Assembly: GCA_965116885.1 (NCBI GenBank) | Contig: OZ220741.1 | Coordinates: 4,352,001 to 4,416,000, forward strand | Length of the DNA stretch: 64,000 bases | Source: Candidatus Latescibacterota bacterium | GTDB taxonomy: Bacteria; Latescibacterota; UBA2968 | Direction: 5' to 3' | Shown: positions 20,391 to 29,928 of the stretch, piece by piece | How positions within the stretch are numbered: position 1 is the first letter of the stretch | Layout: each line of letters begins with the position of its first letter | Translations under genes and position numbers: made by a program | The notes under the pieces: generated by a model | Seen by the model: only the letters and a program-made list of their open reading frames with translations | What the model was told of the DNA's origin: nothing | The model's database searches: none

Positions 20391-22646
20391 TCACGTTGGC
20401 CAACATTGCTTATTAATAGTGTCTATTTGCTCAATTTCATCCATGAGCGATTGCAAAGGTACCGGAACAGTCACATCCTGAGATACATTAATTTGTCCAT
20501 CGTGATTATTCACAAGACTAACTTTGAATTTCTCTTTATGGGTTATAAATAAGGACGTCCCATTTCCATTATCAATCTTTAATCCAGGTGGAGTATTATC
20601 ATGAACGTAAATATAATTGACATTAGTAGCCAATTTAACGAACTGTTCTTCTTGATTTCTTTTTTTGAGTTCAATCCCTAAGACATAGGTTTTTAACTCA
20701 GCATGATAACTAGACATGCGCGTCTTTGTTAGAAGATATACTTCGCCATTGTCTTTTCTTATATTCCTCTCGTTGCAATATAAAATAGCCTCGGGATATA
20801 AAATAAAATACTGCCTCCAATCATTAACATCAGCTTCATTAATCATACCTTTTAAATTTTGAACGATATCACCATCTAAACTATCAAGAAGCTTTTTAAA
20901 AACACCTTTTTCATTATTGAAAACTCTTTGTTGGCTTTGTGGGTACTCATTACGCTCACGAGCAGAGCCAGAACTAGGTCTACAGAACGAGAGGTTTTCT
21001 CCTGTTTTTATCAAATAATTGTCAATAGAGAGAAGTGCCCTCTGAACAAGAAATTCTTCAGGGGCAAAAAGAGAGAGATCGAACAACTCGGAGGCTTTTT
21101 TACCATATTGTCTAAACGCAGATTGATTGTACGTGCCCTCTTTAGTTTTTGAATATTGTAAGAGAAAACCTATTCGACCTTGGAAGTATTTATGCGCTTC
21201 AAATTTAATAAACAATTGTTCCCAAGATGTATCCCGTAAAATTAACTGCGCTTTTAGTCTCTCTTCTTCACGCTGAGGCATATAGAAGAATTCAATATCA
21301 TCTGATTCCATTTTGCTCAAAGCTTCATATAACTTCATTGAGTGAACTGAGAATTTTTTTAATGACTGAATCGAACTAACAAATGTAGGGATGTCATCAA
21401 TTCGAGTATTATCAATCAGATTGTTTGTGACACGCGTCCATTTTCTAAGCTGTTCTTCGCACTTTTCTTTCCATTCATCCAAAACATCAAATTGAGATAC
21501 GAACACCCAAAAAGCATAAAATTTAGCCAAGGTGTTGTAATCATCTTGAAAAATAACCTTAGCAAACAAATTCTTACCGCTCGTCGTAATATGTAATCTA
21601 TAAAATTCGAGGAAATTGTAAATTTTCTTTATAGAACATTTATTAAAAGAATCTTTATTTTCAAACTCCGAAACTGAAATATTGTTACCTCTTGGGCGTA
21701 ATGAGGAAATCCATTTTCTACTTGCCTCCTCAATAGAGTGACGGTCTGATTTTGCCTTTTCACATGCATCGAAAAGTGCTACAACTTCAAAAAACCTCAA
21801 ATAGTGTGTATCAATATCGCTACTGCCTCGCTCCCTCAAGTCCCAAAATATATCAGTCCAATCTTGATCCACTTTTAATTCAAATTGCTGCTTCGACAGA
21901 ATTAAAGGGAGTTTATCTAAATGCCCAAACAGCCAAGCTTTAAAATTTTCAAATGGAGTAAGCGTTTTACCTCTAGCATTCATTTTTATGTATAGATCGT
22001 CAGACAAACCAAAATCTTTCATATTTAAAAACTGAAATGTGATATATGGATTTTGAGTTTGAATCAGTCGATTATAAAAACCAGAGGAAGCACCAAATAA
22101 TTCGTTAATCAGATCTAACATAACCAAGCAGGACTTTATCGTAGGATCTAACTTCCAAGAAAGAAAAAACCATCGGCAATCCACCATTTTCTGAGATAAA
22201 GCCATCGATTCTCCTTGTTCATCAGGTAACTCAAATGGCTGCGTGGCTAGCGCATCAAAGAACTCAGACGAACTTGGCCTTGTTTGATACGTAAACCGAG
22301 ATTGCCCATCACTTTGAATACGATCCTGAAATTCATCAAGTCGTTCATCTTTAACTGCAAGATACCAATGTAACAAAAAGAGTGTTGTTAAACGCTGTTG
22401 TCCATCTAATAATGAAAATTTCTGATCGGATTGAGTCCCTTCAAAACTTCCATAAACAAAATCCAAGTCCAGCGGCTGCTGGCTAGAAAGCGCGTCATAG
22501 ATCGCTCGCAAAAACTGCTTCCGCACGTCAACAGTAGATTCTCTACCTTGGGCATAATCACGCTGAATTATTGGTATTTCAACTTGTAAATCTTCAGCGA
22601 AAAGTTGAAAAAAAGTCAAGCTTTTACCATTTTTACCAGAGTCCAT
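20391..22646 (-). CDS. DUF262 (GmrS/ParB-like) domain protein
   Basis: IPIIQRDYAQG, LLDGQQRLTT, YIKMNARGK.LT.FE; AT-rich. Confidence 0.88.
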   Translation of the reverse strand: MDSGKNGKSLTFFQLFAEDLQVEIPIIQRDYAQGRESTVDVRKQFLRAIYDALSSQQPLDLDFVYGSFEGTQSDQKFSLLDGQQRLTTLFLLHWYLAVKDERLDEFQDRIQSDGQSRFTYQTRPSSSEFFDALATQPFELPDEQGESMALSQKMVDCRWFFLSWKLDPTIKSCLVMLDLINELFGASSGFYNRLIQTQNPYITFQFLNMKDFGLSDDLYIKMNARGKTLTPFENFKAWLFGHLDKLPLILSKQQFELKVDQDWTDIFWDLRERGSSDIDTHYLRFFEVVALFDACEKAKSDRHSIEEASRKWISSLRPRGNNISVSEFENKDSFNKCSIKKIYNFLEFYRLHITTSGKNLFAKVIFQDDYNTLAKFYAFWVFVSQFDVLDEWKEKCEEQLRKWTRVTNNLIDNTRIDDIPTFVSSIQSLKKFSVHSMKLYEALSKMESDDIEFFYMPQREEERLKAQLILRDTSWEQLFIKFEAHKYFQGRIGFLLQYSKTKEGTYNQSAFRQYGKKASELFDLSLFAPEEFLVQRALLSIDNYLIKTGENLSFCRPSSGSARERNEYPQSQQRVFNNEKGVFKKLLDSLDGDIVQNLKGMINEADVNDWRQYFILYPEAILYCNERNIRKDNGEVYLLTKTRMSSYHAELKTYVLGIELKKRNQEEQFVKLATNVNYIYVHDNTPPGLKIDNGNGTSLFITHKEKFKVSLVNNHDGQINVSQDVTVPVPLQSLMDEIEQIDTINKQCWPT

Positions 22647-22657
22647 TTGTCACCTTC

Positions 22658-24466
22658 TTATTCAGTAGAAAAAAAGTCAACAAGGGTATCTATAATTGAT
22701 TCCAAGATGTCCTCACTATCTCTCTTACTCCATACCATCATGTTATCAATTTTCTTGCTGTAATATTTTAGAAAAAGGTTTTTTGTACATAAAGGGACAA
22801 ATGTACCCTTTTTATCTAATTCTAGGATCAACTTACGCTTAATTGGGAAAACAGCATTTTTGTAGCTTCGATTAGTGGTTGCATCTAAAAGGGTTAAATT
22901 TCCTATCGAGTTATTAGTTTCACTACTATCACTATTGATATCAGTCTCGTTATTACCATTAAAGTGTACAAGTAGTTCATCATATAATTCCTCAAATGCC
23001 TTACTATCAAAAGTTTTTCCAGATATCAGCTTGATGCAACGACTACAGAATATTTGTTCTTTTTCATTTGATATTTTTTCGATGCTTTCTTGTTGCTGAT
23101 GCTTTTTTTTCTCACCTGTAAAATATACCAGAACATTTTCAAGCCATGATTTCTGATCGCGTGGGCTCACAGGCATTACTGATTTTATAGATCTAACATG
23201 TTCGATATCCCAACTTTCTTTTTTAAAGCTATCAAATTGAAAACGCATATTTGACGATGTGTTAGCAATAAGAGTTGCGATATTAAACAGTAGCAATGAA
23301 GAACGAATTTTGGATTTGTTACCATCGTAATCCCAATTTGCTAAGTGGTCTTTCAAACTATCACGCAGTTTGTCGCCACCAAGTTCTTCCAAGGATTGTT
23401 GGTCGTCATCAAAAAGGGACTTGAATATCTTTGCTTTCAAGACATTACGAAATTCTCTCTTAGACTCACAGTTATCAGCATCTTTTTTAATTTCTGCAAT
23501 CGATTTCCCTTCATTAACCAGATAACCAATCAAGTGATATAAATATCGGTCATTATACCACTCTTCAATAGTCATAAAGTATTTCTTGATGTTCGTCCAC
23601 TCAGGATTTGATATGTCTTGATCGGCAAATTTCTTATTAAATACTAAAAAAGTATAGTAAGGATCATTTTTAAAGCCAGCTTCAGTTATAGATTCATCCG
23701 CAATAAGCTCTAAAATAAATTCTATTCTATTCGAAAAATTGTCTTTATTACTGATGAAATACCAACATGAATCAGATTGAAGAGACTTTTCTATTCCATC
23801 CCATTCTTGCGCGATCTTAATCTGTTGAAGTGTAATTTCACTTTTGTTAAAATTTTTGGAACGTAAAAAAAGTGCTTTCACAAGCTCAGAGTTTGTTAGT
23901 GGAATCTTGCCAATGTTTAAACGAGAAAAGACAGCTATTGGGTCTATAGCTGTCTTGATTTCGTACCAGATTACCTTAACCTTATTTAGAAAGACAGATT
24001 CAATATCATTAATTCGGTTCTCGTGTGCTTGAAACCAGTCTTCGATCTCTTGGAAACTCTCGTATATATGAAAAAAATCAATATTTTTTTTTCTTTTACT
24101 TGCATCAAGCGATTTTAAGTACTTTTTACTATCCTCACGCGTTTGGTATTCAATTGAAAAAATGCTTTTCTGATATTTCTCATTCAATCGACTGTTGAAA
24201 TACTTCAGGATAAGAAAAATGACGGTAAGACGTTGCTGGCCATCAACTAGCTCCCATTGCCCCTCTTTATCCTTAACAACAATAGGCTGCAAACAATAAA
24301 ATTCGTCTTTAGATACATGCTCTTTATCACAAAATTCAAGTACATCTTCAAGCAATTCTTTTACTTGTCGTCTTTTCCATCGGAAACCTCGTTGATATGC
24401 TGGTATGAAAAATTTTTCCGAAAGAAGATCATTGATCGGCTTTAAACTCAGTGCGTTGTCATTCAT
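22658..24466 (-). CDS. DUF262 + DUF1524 (HNH) GmrSD-like protein
   Basis: IPAYQRGFRW, LVDGQQRLT, FSRLNIGK; C-terminal DIEHV...SIGNLTLL...N; AT-rich. Confidence 0.9.
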   Translation of the reverse strand: MNDNALSLKPINDLLSEKFFIPAYQRGFRWKRRQVKELLEDVLEFCDKEHVSKDEFYCLQPIVVKDKEGQWELVDGQQRLTVIFLILKYFNSRLNEKYQKSIFSIEYQTREDSKKYLKSLDASKRKKNIDFFHIYESFQEIEDWFQAHENRINDIESVFLNKVKVIWYEIKTAIDPIAVFSRLNIGKIPLTNSELVKALFLRSKNFNKSEITLQQIKIAQEWDGIEKSLQSDSCWYFISNKDNFSNRIEFILELIADESITEAGFKNDPYYTFLVFNKKFADQDISNPEWTNIKKYFMTIEEWYNDRYLYHLIGYLVNEGKSIAEIKKDADNCESKREFRNVLKAKIFKSLFDDDQQSLEELGGDKLRDSLKDHLANWDYDGNKSKIRSSLLLFNIATLIANTSSNMRFQFDSFKKESWDIEHVRSIKSVMPVSPRDQKSWLENVLVYFTGEKKKHQQQESIEKISNEKEQIFCSRCIKLISGKTFDSKAFEELYDELLVHFNGNNETDINSDSSETNNSIGNLTLLDATTNRSYKNAVFPIKRKLILELDKKGTFVPLCTKNLFLKYYSKKIDNMMVWSKRDSEDILESIIDTLVDFFSTE

Positions 24467-24785
24467 ATCAGATGGGATTTTTATTTTTATCGTGAGGTTG
24501 TTTCATTTTAGAGGTTTTATGTATTGCTATTTCATTTTATGAAATTAAACTTTTGGACAATTGTCAACAAATAAAAGAAGTCGCCAAAGGCAAGGATGAG
24601 CGACAAACGATGGATCATCCTCAAACGCTTGTGAACATTCACGCACATTCACGCACAATATATCCCAGGTTTTGTTTTTGACCAAAACAGGCAAAAAAGA
24701 GTCTCGTCCTTTTAATAAAGCAATTACAGTCTTCAAACTACCCAGATTTTAGTAATGGTTAATGGAAGGTGTGGGCAGCCCCGCC

Positions 24786-26702
24786 TTAGAGATCATTGCC
24801 CATCACCCAATCGTACATCTCCCCAGCCCGTTCGACAGCGAGATCTACATCTTCGCGCAACATCAACCGCTCCCCCACCAGTTCCCGAGCTGCTCGCGCC
24901 ACACAATCCAGATACGCTTCGCGGCTGCCATAGCGTTGGGCAATCGATAGTCGCGAATCACCCTCGCGCGCATCCTCATCGCGCGCAAATGGCACCCACA
25001 TCCCATCCAGGCCAACAAGCGCATCTGTCGCGCCGCGTTGTCGATACCGCCATCCCGTAAACGTACCCAGAGGTGCAACCACCTCTGGCATGCGAATACC
25101 CGCGACCTCATTGCCATCTACATCAACCTGGGGTACGCGCACCCCAAAAGGACGCCCTTTTTCAGGCGGCTCGAGATCGATAATCCCCTCGCCCCACCTA
25201 TCCCCCCAATTCAACCGCAAAGGTCTCCGCATGCGTCTGGGACTTCGCAAGTCGGGAATCGAGGGAAATTTCAAATCGTCCGCATCAACCAGCGAACCAT
25301 CCGCAATGCGGCCATACCTGCTCTCGGGAGGGACAACGCCCTCGCGCACCCAGCGGTCTAAGGCAACGAAAAGGGCGCGCTCTGCATAGCGAAAATTCAC
25401 GGGATTTGGAGGCACTGTTTGACGCGGCTTTTTGGGCACATCACCCGGACCGTGTTTTGTACTTGCAAAATGATAAACGCGGACCGAAGAATGGACCTCG
25501 ATATCCTCATGCCCGCTTACGTCCGTGTGAACCAAAGACGCGGCGCGATTCCAGTATTCGGTTGAAGTATTCGTATAAAAAATGCGAGGTGTCACCCCCG
25601 CGGCGTCACAGCGATTCAACAAACCGCCTTCTTCCCGCGTTTCCGTATCTATCTGCGGCAAATCTGTAAACGGAAACTGCTCCGTGGGATACAACGCATC
25701 AAAATGCGCGCTGGCATGCCGCGAAGGCTGTGCAAACCGATGGTTAAACGATCCCCGCGCGCCGCCTGCAACATTGGCAAATACCCCATCGAAAACCTTT
25801 CGCCCAGCTTCATCCCCATTAAAGCCCTCATACAACATGTGTCGCAAAAAACGCCCACTTTGCGACGACCCAAAAGCATACGCCCGCTCAATCGCATTGC
25901 CCAGTGGATTGCCATCCGTCCCGTACTTCAAAAACGACACAAAATCCCGGGTCGCGGCAAAACCCGTTCCCATCACAGTCGGATTTTTTCCCGTATAAAC
26001 CAGATTGTAAATGCGCCCCGGTTCAAATCCCTGTGGAAATCGGATCGCGGCGCGCCCATCTTCCAATCGATCAAACGCCCATTGATCGCGCCCAATTTCC
26101 TCGGCTTCATCATACGGATAAGCCCGCACAGTGAGCACCGCATCGCCATCTTCTACGGGTTCATAGGGATCGTGATAGCGACTCCCCAGAGAATGCAAAT
26201 CCGTCTCTGCATCCACCACAACCTCACACGACACAGGACCCGTAACATCAACCACTGGCGCGTCCAATGTCATCAAATTGGTAGCGCCTTCTGCTTCAGG
26301 CGGCACATCGGCCTGCCAACCACACGAGGCAATCGTATAACCCTGCCGCATCAAAAAACCATCGCCAAAATGTGCGGCAGTCTCGGGCATATTTGATCCC
26401 TGCGCCAGATTAAACATAGGCAAAATATTTTTGCGCCCGCGATTGACCACATTGTAAAACACCGTGCCATTGCCCCGAGCGACATCAACCGGCTTGAGCA
26501 AATGCACATCGGCTCGAAAAATCACCCGCCCACTCTCGTCAACGGTCGCGAGATTTAAATCGACAATCGCCTCGTTTTGCTTGTGGTTGGGATCAAGCGC
26601 GAACCACGCACTACCACACAGCGCTTCATAAGCACCCACAGCACCGTATGACTTGCCATCGAGCACAGTTTCCCGAGAAGTAATTTCCAATTGCGTGAGC
26701 AT
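24786..26702 (-). CDS. Alpha/beta-hydrolase domain protein (Abhydrolase_10-like)
   Basis: NRGRK, GSSQSGRFLR, N.RFAQP, NTSTEYW, D.DGNE..GIR.PE. Confidence 0.8.
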   Translation of the reverse strand: MLTQLEITSRETVLDGKSYGAVGAYEALCGSAWFALDPNHKQNEAIVDLNLATVDESGRVIFRADVHLLKPVDVARGNGTVFYNVVNRGRKNILPMFNLAQGSNMPETAAHFGDGFLMRQGYTIASCGWQADVPPEAEGATNLMTLDAPVVDVTGPVSCEVVVDAETDLHSLGSRYHDPYEPVEDGDAVLTVRAYPYDEAEEIGRDQWAFDRLEDGRAAIRFPQGFEPGRIYNLVYTGKNPTVMGTGFAATRDFVSFLKYGTDGNPLGNAIERAYAFGSSQSGRFLRHMLYEGFNGDEAGRKVFDGVFANVAGGARGSFNHRFAQPSRHASAHFDALYPTEQFPFTDLPQIDTETREEGGLLNRCDAAGVTPRIFYTNTSTEYWNRAASLVHTDVSGHEDIEVHSSVRVYHFASTKHGPGDVPKKPRQTVPPNPVNFRYAERALFVALDRWVREGVVPPESRYGRIADGSLVDADDLKFPSIPDLRSPRRMRRPLRLNWGDRWGEGIIDLEPPEKGRPFGVRVPQVDVDGNEVAGIRMPEVVAPLGTFTGWRYRQRGATDALVGLDGMWVPFARDEDAREGDSRLSIAQRYGSREAYLDCVARAARELVGERLMLREDVDLAVERAGEMYDWVMGNDL

Positions 26703-26753
26703 TAACCCGCTCCAATTCTCAATAATTCTCTACCCGTTCCGATACCCTACAAC

Positions 26754-27689
26754 CTAAAACGCGGTGAGATCAAAGGGATTGGACCACGCCTTGTCGCCAT
26801 TTGGTGCAATAATCTCAAAACGCACGTGTTTTGAACCAGGCCGCAGCGTAAATGTGGCGGTCTCAAACAGCTTACCACCCTCTTGGTATTCGGTACCCCT
26901 CGAATCTAATACCGCGGCAATGCGCTGTGCGGGTGAACATTTTACCGTGGCTTCAACCGCGCGGCCTTCCCCACCATGCAACTGAATATCAAAAATTTGT
27001 GGACCCGTTGACGCATAACCCGCGCCAGATTCCAGGGCTTCGACAATGGCTTTGGGAGACCGTTCCTTCACGCGCACCATAGTCCAACCCTGATACGTAT
27101 CGCGCTCTTCTGATTCAGCCGCGTGGGAATCGTCATTGCCCAGTGCCGGGAGCAATTGTCCCGACAAATCCATCCAATCGTCCCAATGCACAGAAGACTC
27201 ACCACGCCCGGCGCATCGACAGGTCGTATTAAAAACTTCTATTCCCGCCAGACCCGTCAGCGGCATTGTATCGCGCAAAATATTGATCCCGCTCCAGTGC
27301 GGATGTGCGAGCCAGATTGACCCCCCCTGTTTTTTTACTTCGTCAATCACATGTTGCGGGGGCATAGCTCGCGCATCCATATCCTCTGAAATATTGAGTG
27401 CTACAAAGTGATGGCGGTCGCCGCCAAAGGGATTGTCGGGATGCAATTCTGCACCCTGAATAAGCGTAAAATTTTCAGGACAGGTCAGTGTCTCGACAAA
27501 TGTGATATTGTTGTGATCTGATACACACAAATAATCGTAGCCCTGATTGACATACCCATCCACGCGTTCCTGGGGCGAAACCTTCCCATCCGAATTTGTC
27601 GAATGGCTGTGCAAATTGCCCTTCAGCCACATATAACCATCGTCATCAGATAAAACGAACGGATTTACCAACCCATTTTTCTCGAGCAT
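26754..27689 (-). CDS. PHP-domain (CehA/McbA-like) metallohydrolase
   Basis: KGNLHSHS..SDG, SDH, AHP.W, GNDDSH, AWSNP. Confidence 0.85.
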   Translation of the reverse strand: MLEKNGLVNPFVLSDDDGYMWLKGNLHSHSTNSDGKVSPQERVDGYVNQGYDYLCVSDHNNITFVETLTCPENFTLIQGAELHPDNPFGGDRHHFVALNISEDMDARAMPPQHVIDEVKKQGGSIWLAHPHWSGINILRDTMPLTGLAGIEVFNTTCRCAGRGESSVHWDDWMDLSGQLLPALGNDDSHAAESEERDTYQGWTMVRVKERSPKAIVEALESGAGYASTGPQIFDIQLHGGEGRAVEATVKCSPAQRIAAVLDSRGTEYQEGGKLFETATFTLRPGSKHVRFEIIAPNGDKAWSNPFDLTAF

Positions 27690-27713
27690 AACAAACTCCT
27701 CTGTGTTAATACA

Positions 27714-28847
27714 TCACCCTTGCCACCAGACCTTTCCATTGCGAACAGACGCACGGCAAACCAATCGCTGCTCCCCCATCAACACCTGCTGCATCGAATC
27801 GGTCAACTCGAATGTCCCCTTTTCCAATTCAAATACAGCGACATCACCCGCAGCACCAACCTTTAGATGTCCCAAATCATTCTCTCGGTCAATTACCTGT
27901 GCTGGTTCGATAGTTGAGCGTTGAATCACTTCCTCGAGCGACATGCCCAAATTTAGAAACTTGGACATCGTCGTCGGCAAATCGTACACGGGACCATCGA
28001 TATTATACGAATGAATATCACTGCTGATGGTATCGGGCGGAAAACCATCTTCCATCGCTGCGCGCCCCACATCGTAACTAAAACTGCCCAACCCGTGACC
28101 AATGTCAAAAATCACCCCGCGATCGCGCGCATCCCACGCCTCAGAAATCACCTTTCCTCGATTGTCAATAATCGACGCGGGCTGTGTACCGTGAAAACAA
28201 TGGGTCACAATATCGCCCGGGCGCAAAGGCTGAATCAGGTCACGCAAAGGCACATCGGCATTGCTGATATGCACCATCAAGGGTTTTTCGCACCGATTGG
28301 CGGCCTCCAGGGCAATTTGTAACAAATCGCGTATATCCGCATCACCGCCCACCCCTTTGTACAAACGCACCTTAACGCCCAGTGCTGTTTCTGGGTGATT
28401 CAAAACCACCTGCGCGCACTCACTGGCCGACACGTAGCCTTCATACACCATCTCGCCGCGCCGCCAGGGCAATCCAACACCCGACAGATTGACATAGGCC
28501 AAAATGCGCGTTGAAGACGGCTCGATCACATAGCGTTCCAATCCGCGATAATTAATCCATCCCGCCGTCCCCGTATCCACGCTCGTTGTCACACCCGTGC
28601 GCGGACACAAATCATCGGCCTCTATGCCAAAACTCGATACATCTTTGTACACATGGGTATGCAAATCAATCAGCCCCGGCATCACAAAACATCCGCTTGC
28701 ATCAATTACTGAATCAGCCCCACCCAAATCGCGCCCAATAGCTACCACCACGCCATCCTTCAACGCCACATCCAATGCGTCATGCACGCCATTGGCCGGG
28801 TCTATCACCGTCCCACCAGTTATCAACACATCGTATTGATCAGCCAT
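27714..28847 (-). CDS. Amidohydrolase/deacetylase (dihydroorotase-like)
   Basis: PGLIDLHTH, MVH, THCF, DIGHG, ISSD.H. Confidence 0.88.
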   Translation of the reverse strand: MADQYDVLITGGTVIDPANGVHDALDVALKDGVVVAIGRDLGGADSVIDASGCFVMPGLIDLHTHVYKDVSSFGIEADDLCPRTGVTTSVDTGTAGWINYRGLERYVIEPSSTRILAYVNLSGVGLPWRRGEMVYEGYVSASECAQVVLNHPETALGVKVRLYKGVGGDADIRDLLQIALEAANRCEKPLMVHISNADVPLRDLIQPLRPGDIVTHCFHGTQPASIIDNRGKVISEAWDARDRGVIFDIGHGLGSFSYDVGRAAMEDGFPPDTISSDIHSYNIDGPVYDLPTTMSKFLNLGMSLEEVIQRSTIEPAQVIDRENDLGHLKVGAAGDVAVFELEKGTFELTDSMQQVLMGEQRLVCRASVRNGKVWWQG

Positions 28848-28855
28848 ATCTGTCC

Positions 28856-29854
28856 TCATGATCGCTCTGCAATATACGTTTCCGCATCGATTTTTCCCGC
28901 GGCAATCAATTCGCGGAACAGTGCCACAGTTTCAGCCACGCCTTCTACCAGCGGCTTGTGCGCCACCGTGCCAATCGCAGCCTCTAATCCACTCCCATCG
29001 ACCTCTTGTGGAAATGGCAACTGGATATCTTCAAACGCGATCTTATCCGCCGCCTCGGGTGCTGCCCGATCAATCGCATCCTTCACATCCTGCATATCGG
29101 GAGTAAATCCCCCCAAATTAAATGCTCCGGCGCCCTCGTAATCAGCCCGTGCAGCCTGAATAAACGCGCGCGCCGTATCATCGGCATATTGAAAAACCGT
29201 GCGCCCACCATAAGAAATGTGATAGGGCAAGTTCGCCGCCGCCGCGAGCATGGCCGTCGTTGGCGTTGAAGTAATACCTTGATCGCGCCCCACCCCATAG
29301 ACCACATAAGGCCGAAAACCAATAGAAGACACCCCTTCATCGAGCCAATACACATGCGCGGTTCCCTCATTCGCCTGTTTGTACACGCCGTAATGCGTAT
29401 GGGGCATCAGCGAGGAATCATCTTGCATCACAGCACCGGGTTCGTAGTCTTCGGGCGCGCCAAAAACAGCAACAGAGCTTGCATAGACCACCTTGCCAAT
29501 GCGCTCTTGCCGGCGTTTCACAGCTTCAAAAACATTTGCGGTACCCACCACATTGACGCGCGCGCCAAGCGGAGGATCGGCTTTGCAAAACGGCACTTGA
29601 AGCCCAGCCAGATGAATGACACGCGTAATCTCATTATCGTCTAACGCCCGTTCAAAAGCGGGCAAATCCGCAATATCGCCTGCGACAAAATTTACCTGCG
29701 CCAGTTCGTCATCTGACAGCAACAATTGCAACCGCCGGGGCTTTGTCGCCAGATCAAATACCGTGACCGGCACCTCTTGGCGCACCAGATTGTGCACAGC
29801 CCATGCGCCAATACACCCCAATGCACCCGTAACTAAAAAACGCTCATCAGCCAT
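28856..29854 (-). CDS. NAD-dependent epimerase/dehydratase
   Basis: VTGALGCIG, HLAG, ASS.AVFG, YGVYK. Confidence 0.88.
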   Translation of the reverse strand: MADERFLVTGALGCIGAWAVHNLVRQEVPVTVFDLATKPRRLQLLLSDDELAQVNFVAGDIADLPAFERALDDNEITRVIHLAGLQVPFCKADPPLGARVNVVGTANVFEAVKRRQERIGKVVYASSVAVFGAPEDYEPGAVMQDDSSLMPHTHYGVYKQANEGTAHVYWLDEGVSSIGFRPYVVYGVGRDQGITSTPTTAMLAAAANLPYHISYGGRTVFQYADDTARAFIQAARADYEGAGAFNLGGFTPDMQDVKDAIDRAAPEAADKIAFEDIQLPFPQEVDGSGLEAAIGTVAHKPLVEGVAETVALFRELIAAGKIDAETYIAERS

Positions 29855-29867
29855 AATTCCCTCTAAA

Positions 29868-29903
29868 AAAATCCGCTGGTATGCACAATCACCAACGGAT
29901 TTT
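29868..29903. terminator. Intrinsic terminator-like hairpin
   Basis: AAAATCCGCTGGT-loop-ACCAACGGATTTT downstream of the membrane cluster. Confidence 0.6.
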
Positions 29904-29928
29904 CGTCATGAAAATAAACCCTTTGCGA

